Of a DNA stretch of 64,000 nucleotides, positions 11,983 through 22,000 are shown in pieces; the first letter of the stretch is position 1; the number at the start of each line of letters is the position of its first letter. Where the stretch lies: the NCBI GenBank assembly GCA_041399105.1, contig JAWKTL010000022.1:27597-91596 (forward strand), given 5' to 3'. A model generated the notes under the pieces. It was not told the origin of the DNA, did no database searches, and worked only from the letters and a program-made list of their open reading frames with translations. This DNA comes from Pirellulaceae bacterium (GTDB lineage Bacteria; Planctomycetota; Planctomycetia; Pirellulales; Pirellulaceae). Made by a program: the position numbers and the translations under genes.

Positions 11983-13317
11983 ATGAATGTGCGTGTTGTT
12001 AATCCGATTTGCATGGTTGCCATTGGACTTGTTTGCAGCCTATCCGTTTATGGCCAGTCGCGTGAGGAAAAGGTTCGCAACGACAAGAAGCGTGTCGAGG
12101 CGGAGGGATTCTGGATTTATAACGATTTGGACAAAGCGTATGCGCAGGCGAAGGAAACCGGCAAACCGATTCTCGTCAGCCTGCGGTGTCTTCCGTGCGA
12201 AGAGTGCGTCAAGCTGGACGACGACCTGATCGACAATGATCCGGTTGTCAGGCCACTGCTGGATCAGTTTGTCTGTGTTCGCGTGGTGGGGACCAATGGA
12301 TTGGACCTGCGGACGTTTCAATACGATACCGACCAATCGTTTGCAATGTTTATGCTTGCCGCTGATAAGACGGTACTCGGTCGCTTCGGTACCCGCTCGC
12401 ACCGAACGGAGTGGCACGGAGACGTCTCGATTCAGGGAATGGCGGAGGCCTTGAAAGCCGCGTTGACCTTGCACGCGAACTACCCAAGCAACAAACGTTT
12501 CGTCGCCGGGAAACAGGGTGAGGCGTTGGAGTTCGAGACGCCCGAAGCCTACCCGTTGCTGAAAGACAAGTACACCGATCGACTGAACTACGAAGGGGAC
12601 GTCGTCAAGAGCTGCATTCACTGCCATCAGATCGGTGATGCCCGGCGCGAGTACTATTGGTCGCGGTCACAGCCGATCCCCGATAACTTGCTTTTTCCTT
12701 ATCCGCATCCAAAATCCATCGGCTTGATTCTTGATCCCGAAAAACGCGCGACGGTGAAGTCGGTTGTCGCCGATTCACCGGCGGAACGGTCAGGCTTTCA
12801 ATCTGGTGATGATATTCTTCTGATCGACGGGCAAGCGATGGTTTCCATGGCCGACGTCCAATGGGTGCTCCACCATGCCAACGGGCAGGGAGATCGATTA
12901 CCCGTCACGCTGAAGCGCGATGATCAGTCGCGCACGCTGGAACTTGTCTTGCCAGCCGACTGGCGACGCCTCGACGATCCCAGTTGGCGTGTGGCATCGT
13001 GGGGGATGTGTCGCTTGATGACCGGCGGAATGCGACTTGAGGCGTTGGACGAAGCGGAACGCAAGCAAGCCGGGATTCATTCCGGGATGGCGCTGCGAGC
13101 AAAGCATGTCGGTCAATACGGCGACCATGCCACTGCGAAACGGGCTGGATTGGTGAAGGGGGATATCATCGTCTCGTATGATGGACGAACCGATTTTCAA
13201 CGCGAAGCGGACCTGTTTGCGTACGCAAACGAAAACCGCAAGCCCGGCGACAAGGTCGTTATCGAGTATTTGCGTGGTAAGCAGCGAAAAACCGCCACGA
13301 TTCCGATTCAGCGATAG
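11983..13317 (+). CDS. Trx7/PDZ-domain protein with CxxC and CxxCH motifs
   Basis: Signal peptide, WIYNDL..A...A...GKPI thioredoxin-7-like fold with RCLPCEEC, CIHCH, and two PDZ-like segments. Confidence 0.8.
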   Translation: MNVRVVNPICMVAIGLVCSLSVYGQSREEKVRNDKKRVEAEGFWIYNDLDKAYAQAKETGKPILVSLRCLPCEECVKLDDDLIDNDPVVRPLLDQFVCVRVVGTNGLDLRTFQYDTDQSFAMFMLAADKTVLGRFGTRSHRTEWHGDVSIQGMAEALKAALTLHANYPSNKRFVAGKQGEALEFETPEAYPLLKDKYTDRLNYEGDVVKSCIHCHQIGDARREYYWSRSQPIPDNLLFPYPHPKSIGLILDPEKRATVKSVVADSPAERSGFQSGDDILLIDGQAMVSMADVQWVLHHANGQGDRLPVTLKRDDQSRTLELVLPADWRRLDDPSWRVASWGMCRLMTGGMRLEALDEAERKQAGIHSGMALRAKHVGQYGDHATAKRAGLVKGDIIVSYDGRTDFQREADLFAYANENRKPGDKVVIEYLRGKQRKTATIPIQR

Positions 13318-13362
13318 GTGGACGAAGCGAAGTCCGCAAGCTGGTGTCGGTATTCAGCATCG

Positions 13363-14325
13363 CTAGTAATCGTACCACAGCCCCAAGCCGTACGATTGCT
13401 CGCGCTTGGCGATGAACGAATATTGGTTCGAGCGTCCGTTGTACAACTGAAGTCCGAACCGCATCCTTCGCCCCGACTGGTGCGCGTTCCAGAGCCATCC
13501 TGTCTGAACGGTGATGTTCGGTTCAAAGTTAAGTGCCTGCAAGGCGTCCACGTTCGTCGCGGCGAACGGTATGCCGCGACGATTGTAGATGCGCGACGCG
13601 TACTCCGCACCAACTTGAAATTGCACCGGCTTCGCCCCGCCGGAACGCTTCAATGCAATCGCCATCTCACCGTACAGCCGAACCGGTTCGCTCCATTGAT
13701 ACGCGGTTCCCATCACCAGCGATTCGGTGACGTAGTTAATCCGCTCCAATGAATTCGTCCGAACCAGCAGTTCGTCGCCGACATGCGAACTCCAGTGCGA
13801 GTATCCAAACTTGTGCGACCACGGCCCGAACGCACAGGTCATCGACGTTCCGAATCGATAGTCCGCCGCATCGAGGTCTTCTTCCTCCATGTGGTTCATC
13901 CGGGAAACAACCGCCCCTTCAAAGTCCCATTGCCAGCCTTGTGCATACATCGCCCCGGGCGTCCCGAAACGGAGGAAGCCGACCCGCCCGCCAAGAGTCG
14001 CGTCGCTGTAGATGTTTCCTTCGCGATCGGATGTTGTGACAATCGAGTTTCGCGGCTCTTTGGGCCCGGCCAAGTTCGACCGATACAGCAAGCCTTCGGG
14101 AAAACGAATCCGATGCCATCCCTCGACGCTTTCCCAGTCCAGACATCTCGCAGCCTCGAACACCGTTCTTGGTTGGAATTCCGTCGAAATGATCGTGGCC
14201 GGGGGCAACGGGTCACGATCGTCGATCATCTGAAATTCATCAGAAGCGACCAATGTCCCCTTGAATGCTTGCAAAAGAAGCATCCAGAAATAGATGCCGA
14301 TCGTCTTTCGGCAGAGCACTTGCAT
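13363..14325 (-). CDS. DUF1207-like protein (probable outer-membrane beta protein)
   Basis: FPEGLLYRSNLAGPKEPR, ADYRFG, H.SSHVGDE, C-terminal GLWYDY. Confidence 0.75.
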   Translation of the reverse strand: MQVLCRKTIGIYFWMLLLQAFKGTLVASDEFQMIDDRDPLPPATIISTEFQPRTVFEAARCLDWESVEGWHRIRFPEGLLYRSNLAGPKEPRNSIVTTSDREGNIYSDATLGGRVGFLRFGTPGAMYAQGWQWDFEGAVVSRMNHMEEEDLDAADYRFGTSMTCAFGPWSHKFGYSHWSSHVGDELLVRTNSLERINYVTESLVMGTAYQWSEPVRLYGEMAIALKRSGGAKPVQFQVGAEYASRIYNRRGIPFAATNVDALQALNFEPNITVQTGWLWNAHQSGRRMRFGLQLYNGRSNQYSFIAKREQSYGLGLWYDY

Positions 14326-14512
14326 TGCAATGAGTCACCAACGGTCAGTATCTTTACACCAGAACATCTCCTGCTTCTATCGGACAAGCGGATCACCGAT
14401 ACGAACGATTCCGTCCGCAAACGCAGCAAATCCGGCAGATGGGTTACGGCTGGAAAAGATAGATAAGCTGATACGACGCGAATACGCGTCTCACTTGGAA
14501 TGAGCAAGCATT

Positions 14513-14590
14513 TATACGTTGCGTGGCCAGAAACGAGGTGATTCGCATCTTATAACGTGAAGACATCAATATCAGAACACGCACGGTATA
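14513..14590 (+). mobile_element. MITE family A, diverged copy 3
   Basis: tatacgttgcgtggcc...cacgcacggtata, ~30 bp past the mutY stop. Confidence 0.75.
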
Positions 14591-14621
14591 AGCACTTCGG
14601 CATAGGGTGGTTCAACAACCT

Positions 14622-15726
14622 TCAAATAAGTTTGCTAAAGATCTTTCTGCCGGTCGTGCTGAGCGGTTGATTTTCAATTTCGTCAACACTCAACCAACGA
14701 GCGTGATCGGGAAGCCGATCGAGGTGGCGTTTGTCGGTTTCACACCGGATGACTTCAAGTGTGATGCGATACTTCGTGACGCCATGCTTAATGGTCGTCA
14801 ATGGTGTTGGTGACTTGACAGTTAATCCAAAATGCTCGCGAAGATGCCGCCGCGCGACCGCTACGGCGTCCTTCTCGAGCCCAGATCGCAACGCGGAAAA
14901 TCCCAAAGGCCCGCCCATCGCTCTCCGGGAAGGCACTGCCGCAAGAGCACATGCCGTTCATGCTGGACAACGATGGCCATTCGCGTCGCGATTCGTATTG
15001 AAGCTGCTTAACTTTTCCCGGAATCGAATCTTGCAACCCAAGCGATTGAGCGGCACACCATTGCACCACGGGACAGAGAAGGCATGACGGTTCGCGAGGT
15101 TTGCAAATAAGGCTGCCAAGTTCCATCGCCGCTTGATTGAGCGTCCCGCTACCGCGTCGGGGAAGAATTGCGGTTGCAAATTCCCAAAGGGTATTCTGAC
15201 CGGCGGGCTTGTTCGTCGGAGACCGCAGCGCCATCAGACGGCTATAAAGACGCAAGGTGTTCGCTTCGACAACAGGATGCCGTTGATCCAGGCTGATCGA
15301 CAGGATGGCCCCGGCGGTGTAGCGCCCGATCCCAGGCAAGGCGAAGACATCATCGAAGTTCGTCGGAAAGATGCCGTCATGATCCGACATCACCTTCCGC
15401 GCGGCGGCATGCATCTGTCGCGCTCGCCGATAATATCCCAGTCCCTCCCAGTAGCGAAGGACTTCCTGCTCCTCCGCGTCGGCAAGGCTCGCGACATCAT
15501 CAAAACGATCGATAAAACGTTCGTAGTACGGAATCACCGTGGAGACTTGCGTTTGTTGCAGCATGATCTCGCTGATCCAAACGCGATACGGATCGTTCGT
15601 GCCTCGCCACGGCAGCGTCCGCGCGTTTCGATCGAACCAGCGAAGCAAGTCGCGGCGAAAACGTGAACGCCACTTGGAGTCACGCCATCGGAAGTCAGCA
15701 TCGATGTCGTGCTTCAAGTCGGTCAA
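14622..15726 (-). CDS. mutY: A/G-specific adenine glycosylase (frameshifted near 14940-14990)
   Basis: LPWR...DPYRVWISEIMLQQTQV, WEGLGYYRRAR, HhH LPGIGRYTA, C-x6-C-x2-C-x5-C Fe-S motif; NUDIX-like tail in ORF 14622-14936. Confidence 0.93.
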
Positions 15727-15836
15727 AAAACGAATTCCGGTAGGGCTGTCAATTCAAAGAATGTGGTATCTTCTGCGTTCGCGGGAAATACGGCAACCCC
15801 GGCAATACCTATCCGATGACTGGAAGGAACTGAATT

Positions 15837-16361
15837 GTGTCTCGACTGATGTACCTCATGATTATCTTGATTGCGTTGATTGGCGGTGCCGGCTTGGCGG
15901 CGCAGCCGGGCGTGAATGCAACACTCTCCCGCAAAATGGGGCATCCGCTGCACGCGGCCATCATTTCGTTTGGCTCGGGCTTTTTGGTGCTGGTCGTGAT
16001 CGCGATCCTCTCGGGACGCTTCCCTCCCAGATTCACCGACTCCATCAGTTCTCTGCCGTGGTGGGCATGGGCGGGCGGTTCGATTGGAGCGTATCTGGTC
16101 ACGATGTCGATGATTTTCGCTCCGCGAGTGGGCGCGTTACAATGGATTGCGCTAATCGTCACCGGCCAAGCATTCGCATCGCTGCTGTTGGACCATTTCG
16201 GACTGGCTGGATTCAATCAGCGCGGCATCAACGTCGCACGCCTCCTGGGAGCGCTATTGTTGGTCGCGGGATTGATCCTTTCCAGCATCGACACACGACC
16301 CAAAGCAGACGCGACGTTGCCCACCGCGGAAAACAAATCCGACAATCAGGCTATCCCATGA
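15837..16361 (+). CDS. DMT family transporter (YdcZ/DUF606-like)
   Basis: AQPGVNATL, PWWAWAGG.IGA, GQ..ASLLLDHFGL; about 5 TM helices. Confidence 0.85.
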   Translation: MSRLMYLMIILIALIGGAGLAAQPGVNATLSRKMGHPLHAAIISFGSGFLVLVVIAILSGRFPPRFTDSISSLPWWAWAGGSIGAYLVTMSMIFAPRVGALQWIALIVTGQAFASLLLDHFGLAGFNQRGINVARLLGALLLVAGLILSSIDTRPKADATLPTAENKSDNQAIP

Positions 16362-17062
16362 GCGACTTGTCAACCAAGGCAACTTCTCCATTGAAGTGGA
16401 TTAGGCGGGTTCGTTGGTTGGTGGCGATCTTAATGCTGAAGGTCTTTCTAACGATCCTTTGGGAATACCGCTGGTACTTCCCTCCTGACTTTGACCTCTC
16501 CAACTTCTTGAGCGGTCGTCGGTACACGTTCCACGGATCGTACCGTATCGCTTTTTACGTTCATATCATCAGCAGCCCGTTTGCCTTGCTTGCCGCTTGG
16601 TTTCTGTGGCCTTCGGGTAATTCGGGTCGCCATCGTCCAATGCATCAATGGATCGGTCGCGCACAATGCGTCCTCGTCCTGCTGGTCGTGATGCCCAGCG
16701 GATTGTTGATGGCTCTTAACGCTTACGCCGGGCCAATCGCCATGTACGGTTTCATATCCTTGTCGTTGCTGACGGGGCTGACCGTCGCGATGGCGGCGAC
16801 TGAAGCGATGCAGCGTCGTATGAAACGCCATCGCGTGTGGGCGACCCGGTGCTTTCTGTTGCTAATGTCTCCGTTGTTGTTGCGAGTCATTTCGGGAATC
16901 GCGATCACGACCGGTTTGGACAGCGAAACGTTCTATCGAGCGAATGCATGGGTGAGTTGGCTCGTCCCCCTTGCAGTTTACGAATTCTGGCGAATTCTTC
17001 GGGCCGGTCCTGTTCGTCGTGTTCAACGCCACAATCACCTCTCTTCTTCTCGAGGCAATTCC
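16358..17062 (+). CDS. DUF2306-like membrane protein (no stop before the next gene)
   Basis: ATGA overlap with the DMT stop; FYVHI, H.WIGR, HRVWATRCF; multiple TM helices. Confidence 0.7.
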
Positions 17063-18148
17063 ATGAACATCCAACCTACGACACCAACGTCGCAACGTCA
17101 TGCCTTTACCCTTCTCGAACTGCTCGTCGTGCTGGCGATCATAGGAGTTCTGATTGGACTCATGCTTCCCGCGACGCGCACGGCTCGCGAAGCCGCTCGC
17201 CGAATGCAATGCAGCAACAATTTAAAACAACTCGGTTTGGCGCTGCTCAATTATCACGACACCCACGCACATTTCCCATCGGCAATGGGTGGCACCGGCA
17301 TCGCGCCGCACGTGACCGATGGGAACTTCAATCGGCTCAGTGGTTTAGTCGCATTGCTACCGTTCTTGGAACATCAATCGCTTTGGACACAAATAGAAAA
17401 CACTCACGAACAAGGCAACACGCGATATCCCGCGATGGGGCCCGCGCCATGGGATTCCGCTTACGCCCCATGGCAAAAGCAGGTGGATGTATTCCTGTGT
17501 CCCAGCGTTGCTGTCGACGGAGGCAAATATGCCAAAACAAATTACGCTTTTTGCATTGGTGATCGGTATCGCAACATCCACGAAAGTGAAACCATTCGCG
17601 GAGCGTTTTCGCCGGGGTTGACGGCACGCTTGGACAACATTTTGGACGGGACGTCAACCACAATTGCGATGGCTGAAATAGCACATTCTTCCAGGCGGGA
17701 CGTGGCGGGGCAGTATGCAATCAACCAGGATGCGGCATTGCTAAATGAGCCGAAGACGTGCTTTGACCTTCTATCAAAGAATCGCTATCGCGACGATGTT
17801 CCGCTGAGCAAGCTCGGACGAGGAGGCTGCTGGGCCGACGGAGCCGCGGGGCCCGGCTTGGTCAATACCGTGTTGCCACCCAACGGGCCGAGCGCGGCCG
17901 TGGCGGGCGACGTGGCGGTCGATGGGTTTTACTCGGCGGGCTCTTACCATCCTGGTGGTATTCAGTTGGTGCTGGTCGACGCTTCGGTTCATTTCATTAT
18001 GGAAACAATCGACGCGGGGACGCCAGTATCGCAATCCTCGGACGAAGACGATCGACCGGACAACGTTGACCTACTTCACCCCAGCCCCTTCGGTGTTTGG
18101 GGCGCGCTCGGGACTGCGGTGGGCGGCGAAGACGCGCAAGTCAATTGA
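17063..18148 (+). CDS. DUF1559 prepilin-type protein
   Basis: AFTLLELLVVLAIIGVLIGLMLPA...AREAARRMQCSNNLKQLGLA, C-terminal HPGG...DASVHFI; GAGG upstream of the ATG. Confidence 0.9.
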   Translation: MNIQPTTPTSQRHAFTLLELLVVLAIIGVLIGLMLPATRTAREAARRMQCSNNLKQLGLALLNYHDTHAHFPSAMGGTGIAPHVTDGNFNRLSGLVALLPFLEHQSLWTQIENTHEQGNTRYPAMGPAPWDSAYAPWQKQVDVFLCPSVAVDGGKYAKTNYAFCIGDRYRNIHESETIRGAFSPGLTARLDNILDGTSTTIAMAEIAHSSRRDVAGQYAINQDAALLNEPKTCFDLLSKNRYRDDVPLSKLGRGGCWADGAAGPGLVNTVLPPNGPSAAVAGDVAVDGFYSAGSYHPGGIQLVLVDASVHFIMETIDAGTPVSQSSDEDDRPDNVDLLHPSPFGVWGALGTAVGGEDAQVN

Positions 18149-18189
18149 GCATTTTCGTTTCACGTTGTCGCGTATCAAGCGTAACGCTA

Positions 18190-18410
18190 CGGGACTTCAG
18201 CGATAGGCAACGAGAGTGCATCAGATCGTTGCTCCATTCCAAACGTCCGCAGGCTTCCATCACAACGGAGTCGGCATCACATTTGGACAGCACCGATTTC
18301 CAATCATCCCGTCGAATCGCCATCGAGCAGCATCTGGGATGCCTCTTAATGAACTCCGGAGTGAACACGCGACGCGTCTCTCCATTCCTTTTCGTCTTCT
18401 TCCTTGCCAT
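18190..18410 (-). pseudogene. Fused remnants of IS3-family orfA and IS110-family N-terminus
   Basis: MARKK...RRVFTPEF (IS3 orfA HTH start) joined to VVMEACG..W.NDL (IS110 DEDD domain). Confidence 0.6.
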
Positions 18411-18429
18411 CCCAAGTCACCTTTCTGGA

Positions 18430-18823
18430 TCTCCAGTTAAAGAGGCTCCACTGTCCGTGGAATCGGCAGCACCTCACCCAAAAGACGATCGAGTGTTGCC
18501 CACATCTTTGTGTGTTTTCTCTCGTATGTGTTGGGGCGAACGCTCGGCGAGGTTTGCAAACGAGCAGGATTAGGTGACGAACCACGACATGTTCTATCAG
18601 AGTTATCCGAGATCCGCCTGGTAGATGTGGTATTGCCAACAAACAGCGGCAAGGAAGTCCGCACTCGTTGCATCACTCGCTCATCCGAGCACCAAAGAAT
18701 GCTCCTTGATCGGCTTGGCTTGCGACTACCGGTCAGACTCAAATCAACCGATTTGTAGTGAGAAAAAGATTCGTGAAACCAATGCTTTCATTGCTAAATG
18801 CGTCCGAGTTGGGGAACTTCGGC
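18430..18823 (+). pseudogene. IS1634-family transposase C-terminal remnant with probable right end
   Basis: KDDRV..HI.VCFLSYVL, LVDVVLPT..G.EVRTRCI...HQRMLLDRLGLRLP; gttggggaacttcgg downstream. Confidence 0.7.
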
Positions 18824-19056
18824 TAGCCCAATATGATTTCACGCGAGTTCCGCCATAATTCCACGTCATTCGAGCCGGCCTTCGCAAGTCTCGCCAGTCT
18901 TTCCGCACCTCCCGCCGCCGATCGCACCGCTCCTCAGCCGCATCGTTCTAATTTGATATCCCGATCGCAACTCGTAGGCAGCGAGTGAGTTGTGACACAA
19001 AGGCGGATGGAACGTTGGTACTGCCGGTTGGAGAAACCTGCGACAATCCCAAACGA

Positions 19057-22000
19057 CTACTTGTTCAAGGTTGGGTCGAGCAAAGACTGATTCGAGTTCC
19101 ACAAGTAGACTTCGTTGGCGACAAGTTCTTCGTCACCCAACGCGCGGTCATAGAACAAGACGTGCGCCACTCGACCGCACAGAAAGCCTCGATTGAAAGG
19201 TGGCACGAGTGGATCATTGCTCCAGTAGCGAGCACCAACGGTCAACTCCTCGATTTCGATCCATTCTGCTGGCCGTTGTCGCGTGCCTTGAGCCCGTCCG
19301 TTGATCTTCAACAACACCCCTTCATCGCCCGGCTGGCTGCGGAGCGTCACGATCATGAATTGCCCCCAGGGGTGATTCTCGTGCATCATGTTGACGACAC
19401 CTGGATAACCCGGCCCTTCACTCATGATGGTCTGCCAAGAAGCCGTCGACTCGTGCATCAGATCGACATTAAAGCCGCTCTGATAGTCGTTGCGTCCGAG
19501 CGCGTTTGCAGAGATGAGCCCCGGCCAGCCCCGATTATGATTGGGTGCAACGACCAGCATAGCCGTAAACTCTAGCGTCTTGAGGCGTGCTGGGGTGGCG
19601 GTAAGGTAGTCGTTCTCGCCATCAAATTCGACCCAATTGCCGTTGATGGTGCTGCGAAACAGCGGTTGCGATTCGGATTGGCGCTGCCTGGCGTTCCAGC
19701 CCTGGCCACTCGCATCGGGCCACAAGCCAACGCTGCCACCATCGATCAATTCAGTCATGCCCTTGGCGGCACGACCGTCATTGATACGGCCGGCGTCAAG
19801 CCATAAACGCAAACCCGATTGAACGGGGAGATGGGGATCGGACCAGGACTCGCGGGGAACACTGGCATTACGATAAGCAAAGTAATTCGCGTTACCACCC
19901 GCTTCGACGTATGTCAGCAGGTCGGCGATGTCTTGTTCACCCATATTATTCAATAGACCTAGTGGCATCAGCGAGACATCGGACTTGCGACGTCGCTCGA
20001 TTTGTTCCAACTCGATCTCGCGGACTTCTTCAGGTTGCTGTGGATTGGAAGCGATCAGGAGCTGGCCTTTCGCCTCACCCTTTACCAGGCCGCTGAGAAT
20101 GGTTCCATCGTCCAATTGAAAGATTTCGCTGCGGTACTGCTCGTCGATATGGGCGGACGGTTCCACGATAGATCGCAGGATGGCTCCCGGCGGATCGTCT
20201 TCAACAGCCACACGCGCGAAGATCGGTAAGATCAGGACCGAATTTACTATTCGTTTTATTGACTCCCGCCGCAGTGCCTACGGGCTGCGCTATCGTGCCA
20301 ATCGCATGACATGCTGCGCAGGATGCCTGTTGAAACAGTCGCTGACCAGTCGCAAAGGAGGAGGCTCATTGGCTCTACGTCTGTGTACCAGCAGGGCTTC
20401 GCGCAACGAGTCATAAGTCCACTCTCGTGCGACCGTCTTGGCTGCTGTTGCATCTTCCAGCTGCCAGAGCTGGTCGGGAATATCGACAGGCAGCCCCGCT
20501 TCAGGGATCTCAACTCCAGCGGTCCACAAGATGCCGTTGGCGAGCATCTTGCGAAAACGTGGATCAGCGAAGTTGTCATGGAAGTGGCCAAGCGTGGTGC
20601 CAAAGCTGCGTCCACCATCTTCCCGATGATGCACCCAAGCCACCGTCTGGTCCTGATCGTTGACTCTCACTTTCAACAGCGGAATGGCTCGCGGATCGAA
20701 CCGCAAGTTCAAATAGAATTCATCCCTAAGCAGATACTCGTCCCAACCGCGGCAAACTGGATGAGTTGGATTCAACTGTTGTAGAGGCTGTCGGTCGATG
20801 GTCAGTCCACTGAACTCAAAGTTGAACCAGCCGCCGAGCAACGATTCGTAGGTTGGACCAATATCCATTTCGGCTCCGGTCGACCAATGGATAGCTGTCA
20901 GGCCAACACCACGCTCGAGCAATGCTTTCGCTTGAGGACGATAAGCCGGTGAAAGCAGGATATCGCCAGCCGGACGCGAGTAATACACAATCGCGTCTAC
21001 CTCGTCCAACAGCTTGGGATCTCGTGGCCAATCGAGATCGGGCGAGACGATGGCTTCAACGCCAGGTGTCAGGTTCAGCGTCGCGGCCATCAGCTGGCAG
21101 ACATCGCTGTACATGTGCGTCGCCCACGCATGATCCAACTTGGTTGGGATCAACAGCACACGCTTCACGTTTGCCAACGCTTGTTGTTTACGCTGCTGTG
21201 TCGCAGCTGATGGGTGGAACTCGATCCACCTAAGTTCAAGTGAGGAGTAACTTGACTTGCAGGTTGATCGCCTGCTGTCAGCACGTTCGATTCAAACACG
21301 ACATAAAGATCGGTGAGCCCTGGGCTGGGCGTAATCGATATGGACGTTTGAGTGTAGCCAGCCGCTGTGTACTCACTAGCATCCATGCGAGCCTTCGGGG
21401 TTAGATCGACGGCTCCGACTTGACGGCCCTGTTGGGAATTTTCTCGCAATACCAGTCGCCCAGTTGCCTCACCGACATGCTGTAACTGAAAGGAGATTCG
21501 GTCGATCTCGTCCAGACGCAGATCATCGAAAGCCAGCCAACCGCTCGGTGCTAACCTGGCTACCAGTCCGATACCACCCTCGAAGACATCAACCTGACTG
21601 ACCTGGTGTGTATGATCGGCAAAAGCGGCCCGCTTGCGATGGGCGTGCAGCACGATCTTGGCTTCACTGCGGAGTGGCGGAATGTCGGGCTGTCCGTTCT
21701 CAGACTTAGTGTCCACTTGCGTATCGGATAGGTCGCTACCCCCTGCCAGACTCACTCCATTGTCGGTGTACTCGGCAGTCAACTCCAACATCGATGGATC
21801 TGAACCGACCGGCGGTGTTGTGCGAAAGAAGCCATATTGCCCAGGTTGCGGCGGACTGGCCGTCGACGTCGCCAGTGACAAGATCCAACGCACCATCTGC
21901 TGGGTTTCCGCTAATGTGTGCTGTGGATGGGCTGGCATCGGCTTGTCGCCCCATACACCTGTCCCGCCAGAGACGATCTTGGCAGCTAGCTTGCGTATAG

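Noticed and set aside
12181-12210. Selenocysteine recoding in the Trx/PDZ protein
   Set aside because: All motif positions are Cys codons and there is no in-frame TGA.
14591-14603. agcacttcggcat shared with ~33919
   Set aside because: Only 13-14 bp in two copies; too little to define an element.
15539-16357. N-terminal 273 aa of the 869-aa ORF 15539-18148
   Set aside because: It overlaps mutY antisense and the DMT gene in another frame; the plausible start is 16358 (ATGA coupling).
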